DNA of 64,000 bases from a virus, in the IMG/VR virus record IMGVR_UViG_3300035696_000014, positions 63,192 to 127,191 of that record. The stretch is one strand, 5' to 3'. The notes under the pieces are model-generated. The model was not told the DNA's origin and searched no databases. It worked only from the letters and a program-made list of their open reading frames with translations. Made by a program: the position numbers and the translations under genes. This document shows positions 47,524-56,602 of this stretch, piece after piece; position 1 is the stretch's first letter, and every line of letters begins with the position of its first letter.

Positions 47524-48383
47524 GTTTCCTCCGATGTCAGCTCAGAGCTGAGCTTGGTGTACAGCATGAACCTTGTCACCGTGCCGTCGTCGACAGTCTC
47601 GAGAGACTCTTCCTCGATGAGCTGCCTGACCTCTGTCAGCTTCTTGTTGACGTATTCCGTGTCGTTGCTTGTCTGGCTGTACTTGTCGATCTGTTGCAAC
47701 AGGCTGTCACGGATCTCCTGCAGCTTGAGGTGGATCGACTTCGGGTCGTCGTTGGCTGTCGAGAACGCGTAGGCCCGCAGGAGCTGCTTCTGTTCCCCCG
47801 ACAGGACGCCAGCGTACTTCTCGTTCAGCTTCTTCATCATCACCTTCATCAAAAGCCGGCTGGCTCCTGGTTGTGATGCATCACCCAGCTCTTGGTCGAC
47901 GGGCTGCGTCTTCTCAGTGACCAGGTGCTTGACCAGCTGGTCTTCGTACTGCGCCATGCGTTGCAGGTCTGCCCCGGGCGTACGCCAATCGTTGAGCAAC
48001 GTCTGGATCGTGGCAAGGATCTTGTACTCATTGACCTGCTTGTCGTAGAAGTTCTCGTCGTTGAGGCCCTTGTTGATGGCGCCGATGAGCAAGGACTTCT
48101 CCCTGTCCAGAGCGTCTGAGCTGTGCGACCGTGCAGCGGCTTTGGCTTCTTGCAGGATCGACGCGGCGACTGCTTCGCTCTTGACGGTTGTCACCGCCAA
48201 CGAGTGGATCAGGCGGTACTCCTTGTAGAGCTCGCTTCCCGGCTTGAAGTGCCGGCGGATGATCCGCAACGCGGCGTTGGACCGCTTCTTGTCATCCTTC
48301 ACCAGTGCCTCTGAGATGCAGAGGACCAGGAACTCGTAGAGCAACCCTGTGTTGCGCTTCTTGTTGTGTCCCTTTGAGGTCAT
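47520..48383 (-). CDS. Head-module protein, 287 aa
   Basis: HNKKRNTGLLYEFL start; between portal and protease; ATGA-coupled on both sides. Confidence 0.75.
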   Translation of the reverse strand: MTSKGHNKKRNTGLLYEFLVLCISEALVKDDKKRSNAALRIIRRHFKPGSELYKEYRLIHSLAVTTVKSEAVAASILQEAKAAARSHSSDALDREKSLLIGAINKGLNDENFYDKQVNEYKILATIQTLLNDWRTPGADLQRMAQYEDQLVKHLVTEKTQPVDQELGDASQPGASRLLMKVMMKKLNEKYAGVLSGEQKQLLRAYAFSTANDDPKSIHLKLQEIRDSLLQQIDKYSQTSNDTEYVNKKLTEVRQLIEEESLETVDDGTVTRFMLYTKLSSELTSEET

Positions 48384-50524
48384 TCGTCATCCCCGTCGTC
48401 GTCAATGATAAGTACCTGGTTCTCGTTGAGCTGGCCGCCACCCACAGAGCCGCTCTCGATCAGGTCCACATCCACGGTGTCTGGGCTGCCATCGATCTCA
48501 TCCTGGACGTCACGACCGCCCTCGGTGAGGAGCCCATCGTCAGAACCGCTGCGTTCGACCTGCCACCTACGGGTCATCTGACCCAGGGCACTGGCCATGT
48601 CAGGAGGCAGCCCACGCCGGTTCATGGCATTGATGGGGGGCTGGACGACTTGTTCAGTCAGGGGTTCAGGCCGCACTGACTCAGCAAACGGGTTGCTGAT
48701 AACGCTCTTCATCCAGTCTGCGTCGTACGGGTCTTCCATCGAGTGGTTGTCAATCGACGTCATCTTCTGGAAGTCTGGCAAATGGGTCTTGCTAGCGCCG
48801 TGCGTCCGGCGGCGACCCCTGTTGTAGAGAGCCTTCTGGAGCTGTGACTGCGGCTTGATGGGCCCGTCCTTCTCGTCTCCCAGGGCCACCTTCAGGGCAA
48901 AGCTCTCGTTGTCGTCGCGGTCATCAGCGCCCGTCAGGAGCTGGTGCTTCCCGTCCTCGACTTCGTCTTCTTCACCCGCGTTCTCTTCGGGCGGCTCACC
49001 GCCGGCTTCTTCCCCACCACCTTCAGCTCCGCCAGCTTCGCCTCCACCGCCACCTCCACCAAAGAGATCGTCAGCGCCTCCACCAGTGTCGCCACCGCCT
49101 GCTCCACCGGGTCCACCTTCGATCGCGTCATCGATCTGCTTCTCCGCCATCCGTTCATCGTCAAGGGCCTCGGTCTGCTCGTCATTGAGCCCCATGATCT
49201 CCTTGCGGATGAACTTCTTGCTGACGACACCCTCAGGGGCGCTGCCGCCGATCTCGAACTTGGCGCGCCACAGTTCCAGCTTCTGCTGCTGCGCGACCGT
49301 CGACGGGTTGCTCAAACGTAGGGTGAAGTTCTGCAGGTCCTCGCCGTCAAAGCCGTGAGCGTACAGGTGGATGATGGCCAGCTTGTTGAGCTCGGCCATC
49401 ATTGTCTTCTGGATGACGTTGATCGTCCGGCTGAAGCGGATGTCTTCCTGTGCCAGGGTCGCCTTGCTGGAGAGCATCTCGTCGTAGCCCAGGTAGGCTC
49501 TCGGGATCTTCAGAGCGGCAAACAGCTTCTTCTGGACGTAGGCCACGTCCTCAACAGCCGCTGTATTCTGACCGCCCGCTAGAGTGTCGATCTTGGTACC
49601 TGACTCGCCACCGCGGACCGGGATGAAGAAATCTTCCTCCACCGACATCGGGTTGTAGCGAAGGTCGACGCGGCCCGTGTTGCGATCCACGACGGGGGTC
49701 GTCCTCATCTGCTGACGTTGCTGCTCGATGTAGGTGTTGACCTCTGAGGCCGGGATGTTGGCAACGTCGATGTAGAAGACGCGGCGCTCGGGGGCCCTGA
49801 CGACGCGGTAGACCAGCATCGCGTCCTCGATGAGGATCAGCTGGCGCCAGATGCGGCGGGCCGGCTCGATGATCGAAGAGCCGTAGGGCAAGAACATGTC
49901 GTTGCCCAACAGACGGAAGTGGGTGACCTCCCAGTTCTCCAACGTCCGGTTACCGAGGGTGACCCACCGGTAGCGGACAGCGAAGGGATCATCACGGTCG
50001 TAGTTCTCCTCACGCTCGATCTCGTTGACCGGGATCGGGAAGGCGTTGATGACGCCGTACTCAGGTGAGACGTCGTTGTAGAGGAAGAAGTCGCCGTACT
50101 TGCAGAGGTTGCGGGCCCACGAACGGAGGTTGAACTCAACGTTGAGGACGTTGTAGAAGAGGTCCTCCAGCAGCTCCTTGATCTTCCCGTTCTCCGAGTA
50201 GATGTGAAGGATGCGGCCCTTCTCGTCCTGGGCACAGGTCTCGTCGGCGTAGATGTCCATCGCCGCCGCGATCTCAGGAGTGTACTCCATCTCCTGGAAG
50301 TCCTGGTAGCGCATCAGGCGCTCGCTCAGGTTGTAGGCGTTTGAAGTGATCGTCGCGTATGTCGGCGACAACGACTTCTGGAAGAGGAGGGTACCCGACG
50401 ACTTCGTCTTGTCAGCGACGGCGATCGTCGTGTCAAGGGCGCGGATCTTCCGTTTGACGACGGGTCCCGAACGGAACAGCCGTGTCAGTCTGCGGAATAG
50501 GCTCTTGGGTTCTCTCCTTGCCAT
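48380..50524 (-). CDS. Portal protein (T4 gp20-like) with long acidic/Gly-rich C-terminal tail
   Basis: EIAAAMDIYADE, EDAMLVYRVVRAPERRVFYIDV, EDFFIPVRG, IDTLAGG. Confidence 0.95.
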   Translation of the reverse strand: MARREPKSLFRRLTRLFRSGPVVKRKIRALDTTIAVADKTKSSGTLLFQKSLSPTYATITSNAYNLSERLMRYQDFQEMEYTPEIAAAMDIYADETCAQDEKGRILHIYSENGKIKELLEDLFYNVLNVEFNLRSWARNLCKYGDFFLYNDVSPEYGVINAFPIPVNEIEREENYDRDDPFAVRYRWVTLGNRTLENWEVTHFRLLGNDMFLPYGSSIIEPARRIWRQLILIEDAMLVYRVVRAPERRVFYIDVANIPASEVNTYIEQQRQQMRTTPVVDRNTGRVDLRYNPMSVEEDFFIPVRGGESGTKIDTLAGGQNTAAVEDVAYVQKKLFAALKIPRAYLGYDEMLSSKATLAQEDIRFSRTINVIQKTMMAELNKLAIIHLYAHGFDGEDLQNFTLRLSNPSTVAQQQKLELWRAKFEIGGSAPEGVVSKKFIRKEIMGLNDEQTEALDDERMAEKQIDDAIEGGPGGAGGGDTGGGADDLFGGGGGGGEAGGAEGGGEEAGGEPPEENAGEEDEVEDGKHQLLTGADDRDDNESFALKVALGDEKDGPIKPQSQLQKALYNRGRRRTHGASKTHLPDFQKMTSIDNHSMEDPYDADWMKSVISNPFAESVRPEPLTEQVVQPPINAMNRRGLPPDMASALGQMTRRWQVERSGSDDGLLTEGGRDVQDEIDGSPDTVDVDLIESGSVGGGQLNENQVLIIDDDGDDE

Positions 50525-50587
50525 CTCGTTCACCCCTCCATTCCGTCGGGGCCTTCCTTACGGTACATCACCGAGAACGGTGTGCCG

Positions 50588-50899
50588 TCACTCGTCGCCC
50601 TTCTTGGCAGAGAGGGACACCTTCTTCGGCTCCTTCTTCACCCTCGGGACGTAGGAGGCCGGGGTCGACAGCATGTTCTCGAGGACCCTCTCGAGCTCAC
50701 CGAGGTGAGGGGTCGTGGCGTTGATCGCAGCGGGAGGCGCCTTCTCCTTGAAGGCCTCGACTGCAGCCAAGAGCTTGCTGGCAACGCCGACGATGCTGTT
50801 GATCGTCTTGTGGTCGACCTGCTCGTTGACCTTGTCGATCTCTTCGGCGATGATCTGCTTCAGCCTGTCCAGGCTCACCGTGGGGGATTTTGCCGTCAT
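50588..50899 (-). CDS. Small helical protein with VSLDRLKQIIAEE motif, 103 aa
   Basis: Between terminase and portal; TACCTA at 50922-50927. Confidence 0.75.
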   Translation of the reverse strand: MTAKSPTVSLDRLKQIIAEEIDKVNEQVDHKTINSIVGVASKLLAAVEAFKEKAPPAAINATTPHLGELERVLENMLSTPASYVPRVKKEPKKVSLSAKKGDE

Positions 50900-50940
50900 C
50901 GTGTCACCCTTCTGCACTGGATAGGTATTCGCCCTCTCGC

Positions 50941-52584
50941 TCACTTGGTGAGCCAGGAGAAGTCACTGACCATCTTGGCGTATGGGCTTCGGGTCAGCTC
51001 GTGAGGATTGCGGGGTCGCATCACGCTGTAGGCGTTGATGCCAGCGATGTTCGGGTTGACCAACGGCTGGGCCTCGTTGATGTTGCCGGGCATCTGGTTG
51101 ATGTCTTTCCGGTTGACCCGAGTCGCCTCGAGGATCGCATAGGCCATCGCCTTGTCCTGTTCCCGGATGCCCTCTCCGAAGGCCACAAGCCAGCAACCGA
51201 TGGCCAGGCTCAGGATCAGGTCGTCGTAGGAGTCCTTGCCAGCCAACGCCTTGTTGCCCTCCCAGACGAAGGACTGCAGTTGGTCGAACAGGCGACGCGA
51301 GTACGACTTCAGCTGCTTGTTCCTGATCACCTCCTCCAGCTTGGCCAGGATCTGAGTCCTTGTCTTCTGGTTGGTGTTGGGAAAGCCAGGCAGCTCCGTC
51401 TTGGGGTCGATCGGGATGTAGTTGAAGGGATCGCCGGTGTGCTTGGCGTAGTACAGCTTCTTGTAGCCCAGGGTGTCGCGGAGCTTGACGCAGACCAGGT
51501 AACCGAAAGTGTTGTTCTCCGGGATGATCAACGCGTCGTTGTAGCGCTTGCCGTACTCAGCGAGCAGGTCGGCCAGAGCCTCTGGCGGGACCTTGCCCAT
51601 GTACTCAGCCGCAACCTCACAGTCCTCGGTGTCGATGATGTGGAAGGCCGAGAAGTCATGTGCATCGCCGCGGCTGACATCAGCACTGATGACATAGCGG
51701 TGACCAGCCACGGGCGGGCTCCACACCCAGACGCCTGCTGCCGGTCCCTCTTTGGCGACCGGGTTCATGATCATCTCACGCAGGTAGTCGAGCTCCTCGG
51801 GCTGGAGGAAGGTGTCACCTGATGCGATGAAGTCACACATGAACTCCTGGGCAATCTGCCTCTTGTTCATGCCCTTCGACTCGTTCTTGAACCAGGCCTC
51901 GTCGTGTTCCGGGTGGACCGTCCAGTGCAGGCGGATCGGATTGAAGTTGTTGACGCCTGCTTCAGCCTCAGTCCAGAGCCTGTAGTACTGGCCACCAACA
52001 CCCTTGGGGGTCGACAGCACGATGCAGGAACCACCCGTTGAGATCGTCGGCTTCAGGCCGGTCCAGATCTCTTCAAAGTCACGAATGATGGCCGCCTCAT
52101 CGACGATGAGGAGCGATAGGGCCTCAGAACGACCAGCGTCCTCTGACGTCGGGATGGCAACGATCTGGCTGCCATTGCTGAAGGACAGCTGCTGCTTGGT
52201 GGGCTCAAACTTGGGAAGGAGCAGCCATTTGGGCAGGTTGTCGACGATGACCTTGCACTTCTTGATCATGTTCATCGCGGTGGGCAGCTTGGTCGCGATG
52301 ATGAGGATGTTCTTGTCCTTGTAGAAGATGGCCAGCCACGTAGCATAGGCAGCGCACAGGGTCGACAGGCCCAACTGCCTGGACTTCAGGATGATGTTGA
52401 GGCGGTGCTTCAGGAAGGCTTCGACGCACTCATCCTGGAAGGGATACGTCTCGAACGGCAACATGCCACGTTCGGCGTGCTGGATCTTGCAGTACTTTTT
52501 CATGAAGTACACAGGATCCTTGCCGCAACGAACGATCTCCTGGATCTGTTGCTCCTTGGTCAGTTGCTTCTGTGGGACGGGCAT
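50941..52584 (-). CDS. Terminase large subunit (T4 gp17-like), 547 aa
   Basis: YPFQ, KSRQLGLST Walker A, LIVDEAA Walker B, STP-x-G, SADVSRG and DDL nuclease motifs. Confidence 0.96.
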   Translation of the reverse strand: MPVPQKQLTKEQQIQEIVRCGKDPVYFMKKYCKIQHAERGMLPFETYPFQDECVEAFLKHRLNIILKSRQLGLSTLCAAYATWLAIFYKDKNILIIATKLPTAMNMIKKCKVIVDNLPKWLLLPKFEPTKQQLSFSNGSQIVAIPTSEDAGRSEALSLLIVDEAAIIRDFEEIWTGLKPTISTGGSCIVLSTPKGVGGQYYRLWTEAEAGVNNFNPIRLHWTVHPEHDEAWFKNESKGMNKRQIAQEFMCDFIASGDTFLQPEELDYLREMIMNPVAKEGPAAGVWVWSPPVAGHRYVISADVSRGDAHDFSAFHIIDTEDCEVAAEYMGKVPPEALADLLAEYGKRYNDALIIPENNTFGYLVCVKLRDTLGYKKLYYAKHTGDPFNYIPIDPKTELPGFPNTNQKTRTQILAKLEEVIRNKQLKSYSRRLFDQLQSFVWEGNKALAGKDSYDDLILSLAIGCWLVAFGEGIREQDKAMAYAILEATRVNRKDINQMPGNINEAQPLVNPNIAGINAYSVMRPRNPHELTRSPYAKMVSDFSWLTK

Positions 52585-52964
52585 CAGCTGATCTCAAACA
52601 CGACCCTCCGACGGTAGTAGGCCGTGCGGGCCGGGTTGTGGACGTTCATGTTGACGATCTCGAGCTGGTCAACGCTGGACAGCTCCTTGGTCTTCAGCGT
52701 CAGGCCCGACAGGTCCTTGTAGCAGGTCTTGACGTGCTTCAGGAAAGCGTCGATCACCGCCTCTGACTCTTGGACCTGGTCACGCTTGGTCAGGATCATC
52801 TCCTTCTCGGTGACGAACTTGCAGAGACCGGCGTACGACGCCATCACCCGATCGGGCCCAAGCAGCGTGAACTTCACCGAGTGGGTGGCCGACACGGGTG
52901 TCGAGGCCCTTCCCCACGTCGTGTCCATTGCCTGCCCCAGGGCATTGTAGTCGATGTCAGCCAT
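52584..52964 (-). CDS. Hypothetical protein, 126 aa
   Basis: GGAG SD before ATG 52964; TACTTA at 52983-52988; TGATG coupling to terminase. Confidence 0.7.
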   Translation of the reverse strand: MADIDYNALGQAMDTTWGRASTPVSATHSVKFTLLGPDRVMASYAGLCKFVTEKEMILTKRDQVQESEAVIDAFLKHVKTCYKDLSGLTLKTKELSSVDQLEIVNMNVHNPARTAYYRRRVVFEIS

Positions 52965-52995
52965 TGTCAGCGCTCCAGTCCCTAAGTATGGCCCA

Positions 52996-53298
52996 CTAGT
53001 CGACGTCAAAAGTGATCGCCATCGGTGGCCTCTGCGCCAGAGCCTGGCGGACTGCTCCGGGATCGGGTCGCCAGCCCTCTTTCCACATCGCGAGCCTGGG
53101 CTGGGCCCAGATGAGCGCACAGCGGTCACAACAGCCCACCGTGCGCCAAGATGCCTCATCGTCCTTCGTGCGCATCAGGCACGTGCAGACGGGACACGCG
53201 AGCGGGACGGGCGGTTCGGCGTCAGTCGGGACGATGACCGAGAAGCCCTCGGGTTGTTCTTCGATCAGGCGGTCGCGGAGGTACGGTCTCCAGGCCAT
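52996..53298 (-). CDS. Small Cys-rich (zinc-finger-like) protein, 100 aa
   Basis: CPVC...CCDRC. Confidence 0.65.
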   Translation of the reverse strand: MAWRPYLRDRLIEEQPEGFSVIVPTDAEPPVPLACPVCTCLMRTKDDEASWRTVGCCDRCALIWAQPRLAMWKEGWRPDPGAVRQALAQRPPMAITFDVD

Positions 53299-55889
53299 GA
53301 TTCGTTGTACACCACGTGAGCGTCCTTCTCGACCTTGTTGACCTCGATGATGTGGTCAGCAACGTCCTTGACGCCCTCGACGTGAGTGATGACGACGATG
53401 GTCTTGAAGTAGCGCTTCAGCGATGTCAACAGCCGGTTGCACCCCTCGACCGAGGCCGGGTCCATTGGACCGAACGCCTCGTCGATGATGAACATGTCGG
53501 TCTTCGGCAAGGATGAGCAGTTGATCAACGCAACGCGGATGGCGATCGACGCCACCGTCTTCTCCATGCCCGACCCGAGCTCGATGGGCCTGCGGCTGTC
53601 GCCGTAGTTGATGTAGACCTCCATCGAGTCGCTGTCGTTGTCGACCTCCAGCTCGATATTGAAGTCGACGATGCCGGTCAGGATCTTGCTGATCTCCGCG
53701 TTGATGACGGGCAGCTGGCTGGTGATGATGAGGTTCGGGATGCCCTTTCGAGAGAAAGCCTGAGCGATCAGCTCGTGTGCCTTCATCAAAGCCAGCAACT
53801 CCTCGCGCTGCGCGCGATCCTTTTCCAGCTTGTCACGATCAGACTGGACACGACCCTGTTTCGTCGCCAGATTCAGACGCTCGGTGTCAGCGACCCGGAA
53901 CTGTTGCATCAGCTTGTCCTTACGGTGACGCAGGGCAACGACTTCAACGTTCTCCTCGTTCTTCAGCGCCTCTTCGAGCTCCACCAGCTTCTGGTGCACT
54001 TCCTTGACACGAGGTGCCAGGTCGCTGTTGAGCTTCAACATCTTCTTGTCGTGCTCACGCTGCTCTTCGGCCAGCTTGGTCAGCAGCTCGCCACGCATGT
54101 TCTTCAGCTGCTGGAGCTTCGCCACCCGGTTGGGCAGGTCTTCACGCTGGAGCTGGAACAACGCTTCCTTCGCCTTGTCGAGCTTCTCTAGGGCACGGTC
54201 GACCTTCTCCTTCTGCGGTTCGACCTTGTCCTTGACCTTGTGGGCGTCCTTGATGAAGCGGCAGGTCGGGAAGCTGTCACCACACGGCACGTCATCCAGG
54301 ATCTTCAGGGACCGTTGCTGTTGCTTCAGCAACGCCGCTTCCTTCTCGTGCACGACGCGAAGCTGGTCAACGGCCGACTCCAGGGTCTTGTAGGCCTCCA
54401 GGCGCTTCTTCAGCTCGTCGACGTCGTTCTCCCGGAGCAGAGCATCGATGCTGCCCACCTTCCGGGTCTTCTGCGTGATCGATGACACCAAGCCGCTGAT
54501 GTCGGATTCCAGCTGCTTGCCCTGCTCACGGAGCGATGTCAGCAGCGATCGCTGCTTCTCGACCTCCGTCGGGGTCACAGCGATGACATCCTTGAACGTC
54601 ATCTCCTCCCGAGAGATGTCATTGAGCTGTTGCTGGATGTCGTGCTTCTCGTTGTCGTTGTCGCTGATGGCCTTGGCCAAACGCTCCAGCTCCAGGTCGA
54701 GCTGCCTCCGGGCCTCAGGCCAGTCACGGTCAGGCAGGCTGCGTAGGGTGGCCTTGTTGACGTTGACATCGTCCTTGGCCAGGTCGTACATCTTGTCGAA
54801 GATGTCCAGGTCCAAGAACCGCGACACCGTCTGGCGGCGTTTGGTCGAACCCTGGTTGATGTACTGCTTGATGTCGTCCTGGGCGGCGACGCTGGTCAGC
54901 AGGGCATCCTCACCGGTACCGATCAGCTTCCTGATGATGCGGTCAGTGTCCTTTCGCTCTTCACCACCCATGTCCTCCATCTCACCGCCGTCGATGACCT
55001 TGAAGACGTTGAGGTGGGTGTTGGCGTGTTGCTGGCCTCGACGGTCTTCATGCTTGACAGTCTGGCGCTCGATGACGTAGTCTGTACCGCCCGAGTTGAT
55101 GATGGCCCGAGCGTAAGCGTAGTCGTGCCGTACGTTGACGACATGGAGGTTCTTGATGCTGCCTCGGTCGCTGGTGTTGTGCAGCACGTACATGATGGTG
55201 CCGACGACGCTAGACTTGCCGATGCGGTTGGGCCCGAAGATGCCGACGATGCCGTTCAGGGCGTCAAAGTTGATGACGTTGCCCTCACCATAGGAGAAGC
55301 AGTTGTCCCACTTCAGGTGACGCAGCCTCCACTTGGTGTTGCGGACCACATCATCGCTGCCCAACACCCGGCCTAGGTAGTGGTTCACCTGCCCACGGAC
55401 TGCTTCCCACTCGGCGTCGGTGACCCGAGCGTTGGAGTGGTAGTCCCTCAGCAATCGAACCAACACGTCTGGGTTGCGAAGGTCGTCCTTGACCAGCGTC
55501 GCGGTGCCTGCGCTGATCAGCTCCTTGTCGATCTGGTGATCGTTCTTGAAGGTGACTTCGCTGGCCTTCTGGTTCTCCTGCAGCTGGTGCATCAGCGCAG
55601 AGACTTCCTTCTGCGTCAGGACCGCATCCTTGTAACGGATGCGGAACCTGGTGCCAGCGGGGTGTGGCGACGCCAGCTTGATAGTGTCCTCGACGTTGCC
55701 CGCCCAGTCCAGAGTGACGAATGGACGCGGGTTGGGCAGCTCACAGAACTTGACGTCGAAGTGGTTCTTGTCCTCGATGTCCCACAGCAGGTAGCCATGG
55801 TTCAACGACTCGCCGTAGTTCTGTTGGACGGGGCTGCCGGGGTAGGCGACCCACGGACGGTTGACACGGATCTTGATGCGCTTGCTCAA
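53265..55889 (-). CDS. SbcC/Rad50-like (gp46-like) ATPase fused to the C-terminal part of an SbcD/Mre11 nuclease, 874 aa
   Basis: N-terminal YPGSPVQQNYGE (SbcD late motif); NCFSYG; Walker A GPNRIGKS; coiled coil; GSGME signature; FIIDE; ITH. Confidence 0.9.
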   Translation of the reverse strand: MSKRIKIRVNRPWVAYPGSPVQQNYGESLNHGYLLWDIEDKNHFDVKFCELPNPRPFVTLDWAGNVEDTIKLASPHPAGTRFRIRYKDAVLTQKEVSALMHQLQENQKASEVTFKNDHQIDKELISAGTATLVKDDLRNPDVLVRLLRDYHSNARVTDAEWEAVRGQVNHYLGRVLGSDDVVRNTKWRLRHLKWDNCFSYGEGNVINFDALNGIVGIFGPNRIGKSSVVGTIMYVLHNTSDRGSIKNLHVVNVRHDYAYARAIINSGGTDYVIERQTVKHEDRRGQQHANTHLNVFKVIDGGEMEDMGGEERKDTDRIIRKLIGTGEDALLTSVAAQDDIKQYINQGSTKRRQTVSRFLDLDIFDKMYDLAKDDVNVNKATLRSLPDRDWPEARRQLDLELERLAKAISDNDNEKHDIQQQLNDISREEMTFKDVIAVTPTEVEKQRSLLTSLREQGKQLESDISGLVSSITQKTRKVGSIDALLRENDVDELKKRLEAYKTLESAVDQLRVVHEKEAALLKQQQRSLKILDDVPCGDSFPTCRFIKDAHKVKDKVEPQKEKVDRALEKLDKAKEALFQLQREDLPNRVAKLQQLKNMRGELLTKLAEEQREHDKKMLKLNSDLAPRVKEVHQKLVELEEALKNEENVEVVALRHRKDKLMQQFRVADTERLNLATKQGRVQSDRDKLEKDRAQREELLALMKAHELIAQAFSRKGIPNLIITSQLPVINAEISKILTGIVDFNIELEVDNDSDSMEVYINYGDSRRPIELGSGMEKTVASIAIRVALINCSSLPKTDMFIIDEAFGPMDPASVEGCNRLLTSLKRYFKTIVVITHVEGVKDVADHIIEVNKVEKDAHVVYNESWPGDRTSATA

Positions 55890-56533
55890 GCGATCACCTC
55901 TGCTTCGGGGTACTTCGCCAGGTCAGCTTCATCGATCTCGATCTCAACGTCACGTCCAGCCAGGAACTGCATCTTATGGATGTCCCCCAGCAGAACGAAG
56001 TCCCAACCCCTGAAGAACTCCACGGTGATGCCCTCTTCAACCAACCAGTCCGTCTCGGTCCGAGCTCCCCACACCGGACCGTGGTAACAAGCGATGTTGA
56101 CCTTGCCCGGGATGGGCTTGACGTTGTCCCAGTTCTTCTCGTCGAACAGGCTGAAAATGCCCCAGGTGTACCCCGGCGCGAACTCGTAGGTGCCGCTCTC
56201 CTTGTAGACGTGGATGCGCGGGTTCTTCAGCGCCCGGATGATGGGTGTCACCGCGTCCATCCTACCCAGGTTGACGAGGTTGCCGTCGTGGTTGCCCAAC
56301 GTCAGATGCACTTCCGCGGCATCGGCCATCAATTCAAGCCACCAGACCATCAGGTCGATGTACTCGGGTGACAGGCCACTGGTCTTGGTGTGGAAGATGT
56401 CGCCACCGACGAAGATGTGGGTGACCCCTTGCTCCTTGCACTGGCGTGCGAAAGCAACGAACACCTCGCGGTACTCGTCGTGCCTCGACAATCCCCGCCA
56501 GTGAACGTCAGCAATGTGAGCAATCTTCAGCAT
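55886..56533 (-). CDS. SbcD/Mre11-like (gp47-like) metallophosphoesterase, N-terminal part, 215 aa
   Basis: ADVH, GGDIFH, GNHD, YHG and LGDIH motifs; ends before the YPGS motif. Confidence 0.9.
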   Translation of the reverse strand: MLKIAHIADVHWRGLSRHDEYREVFVAFARQCKEQGVTHIFVGGDIFHTKTSGLSPEYIDLMVWWLELMADAAEVHLTLGNHDGNLVNLGRMDAVTPIIRALKNPRIHVYKESGTYEFAPGYTWGIFSLFDEKNWDNVKPIPGKVNIACYHGPVWGARTETDWLVEEGITVEFFRGWDFVLLGDIHKMQFLAGRDVEIEIDEADLAKYPEAEVIA

Positions 56534-56548
56534 TCGGGCTACCTCTGA

Positions 56549-56577
56549 TCAGTACTGCCCAACGCAAAGCTGTACAA
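56549..56577 (-). promoter_or_regulatory. Putative sigma70-like promoter
   Basis: TTGTAC-N17-TACTGA; shares TTGTACA and TGCGTTG with the 39509-39538 element. Confidence 0.4.
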
Positions 56578-56602
56578 GATCGGGGCCCGAGGGGGCAGAT
56601 GT

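Noticed and set aside
55860-55970. Split intein at the SbcD/SbcC junction
   Set aside because: No N-terminal Cys/Ser block A, no His-Asn plus nucleophile end, and the extra segments are far too short.
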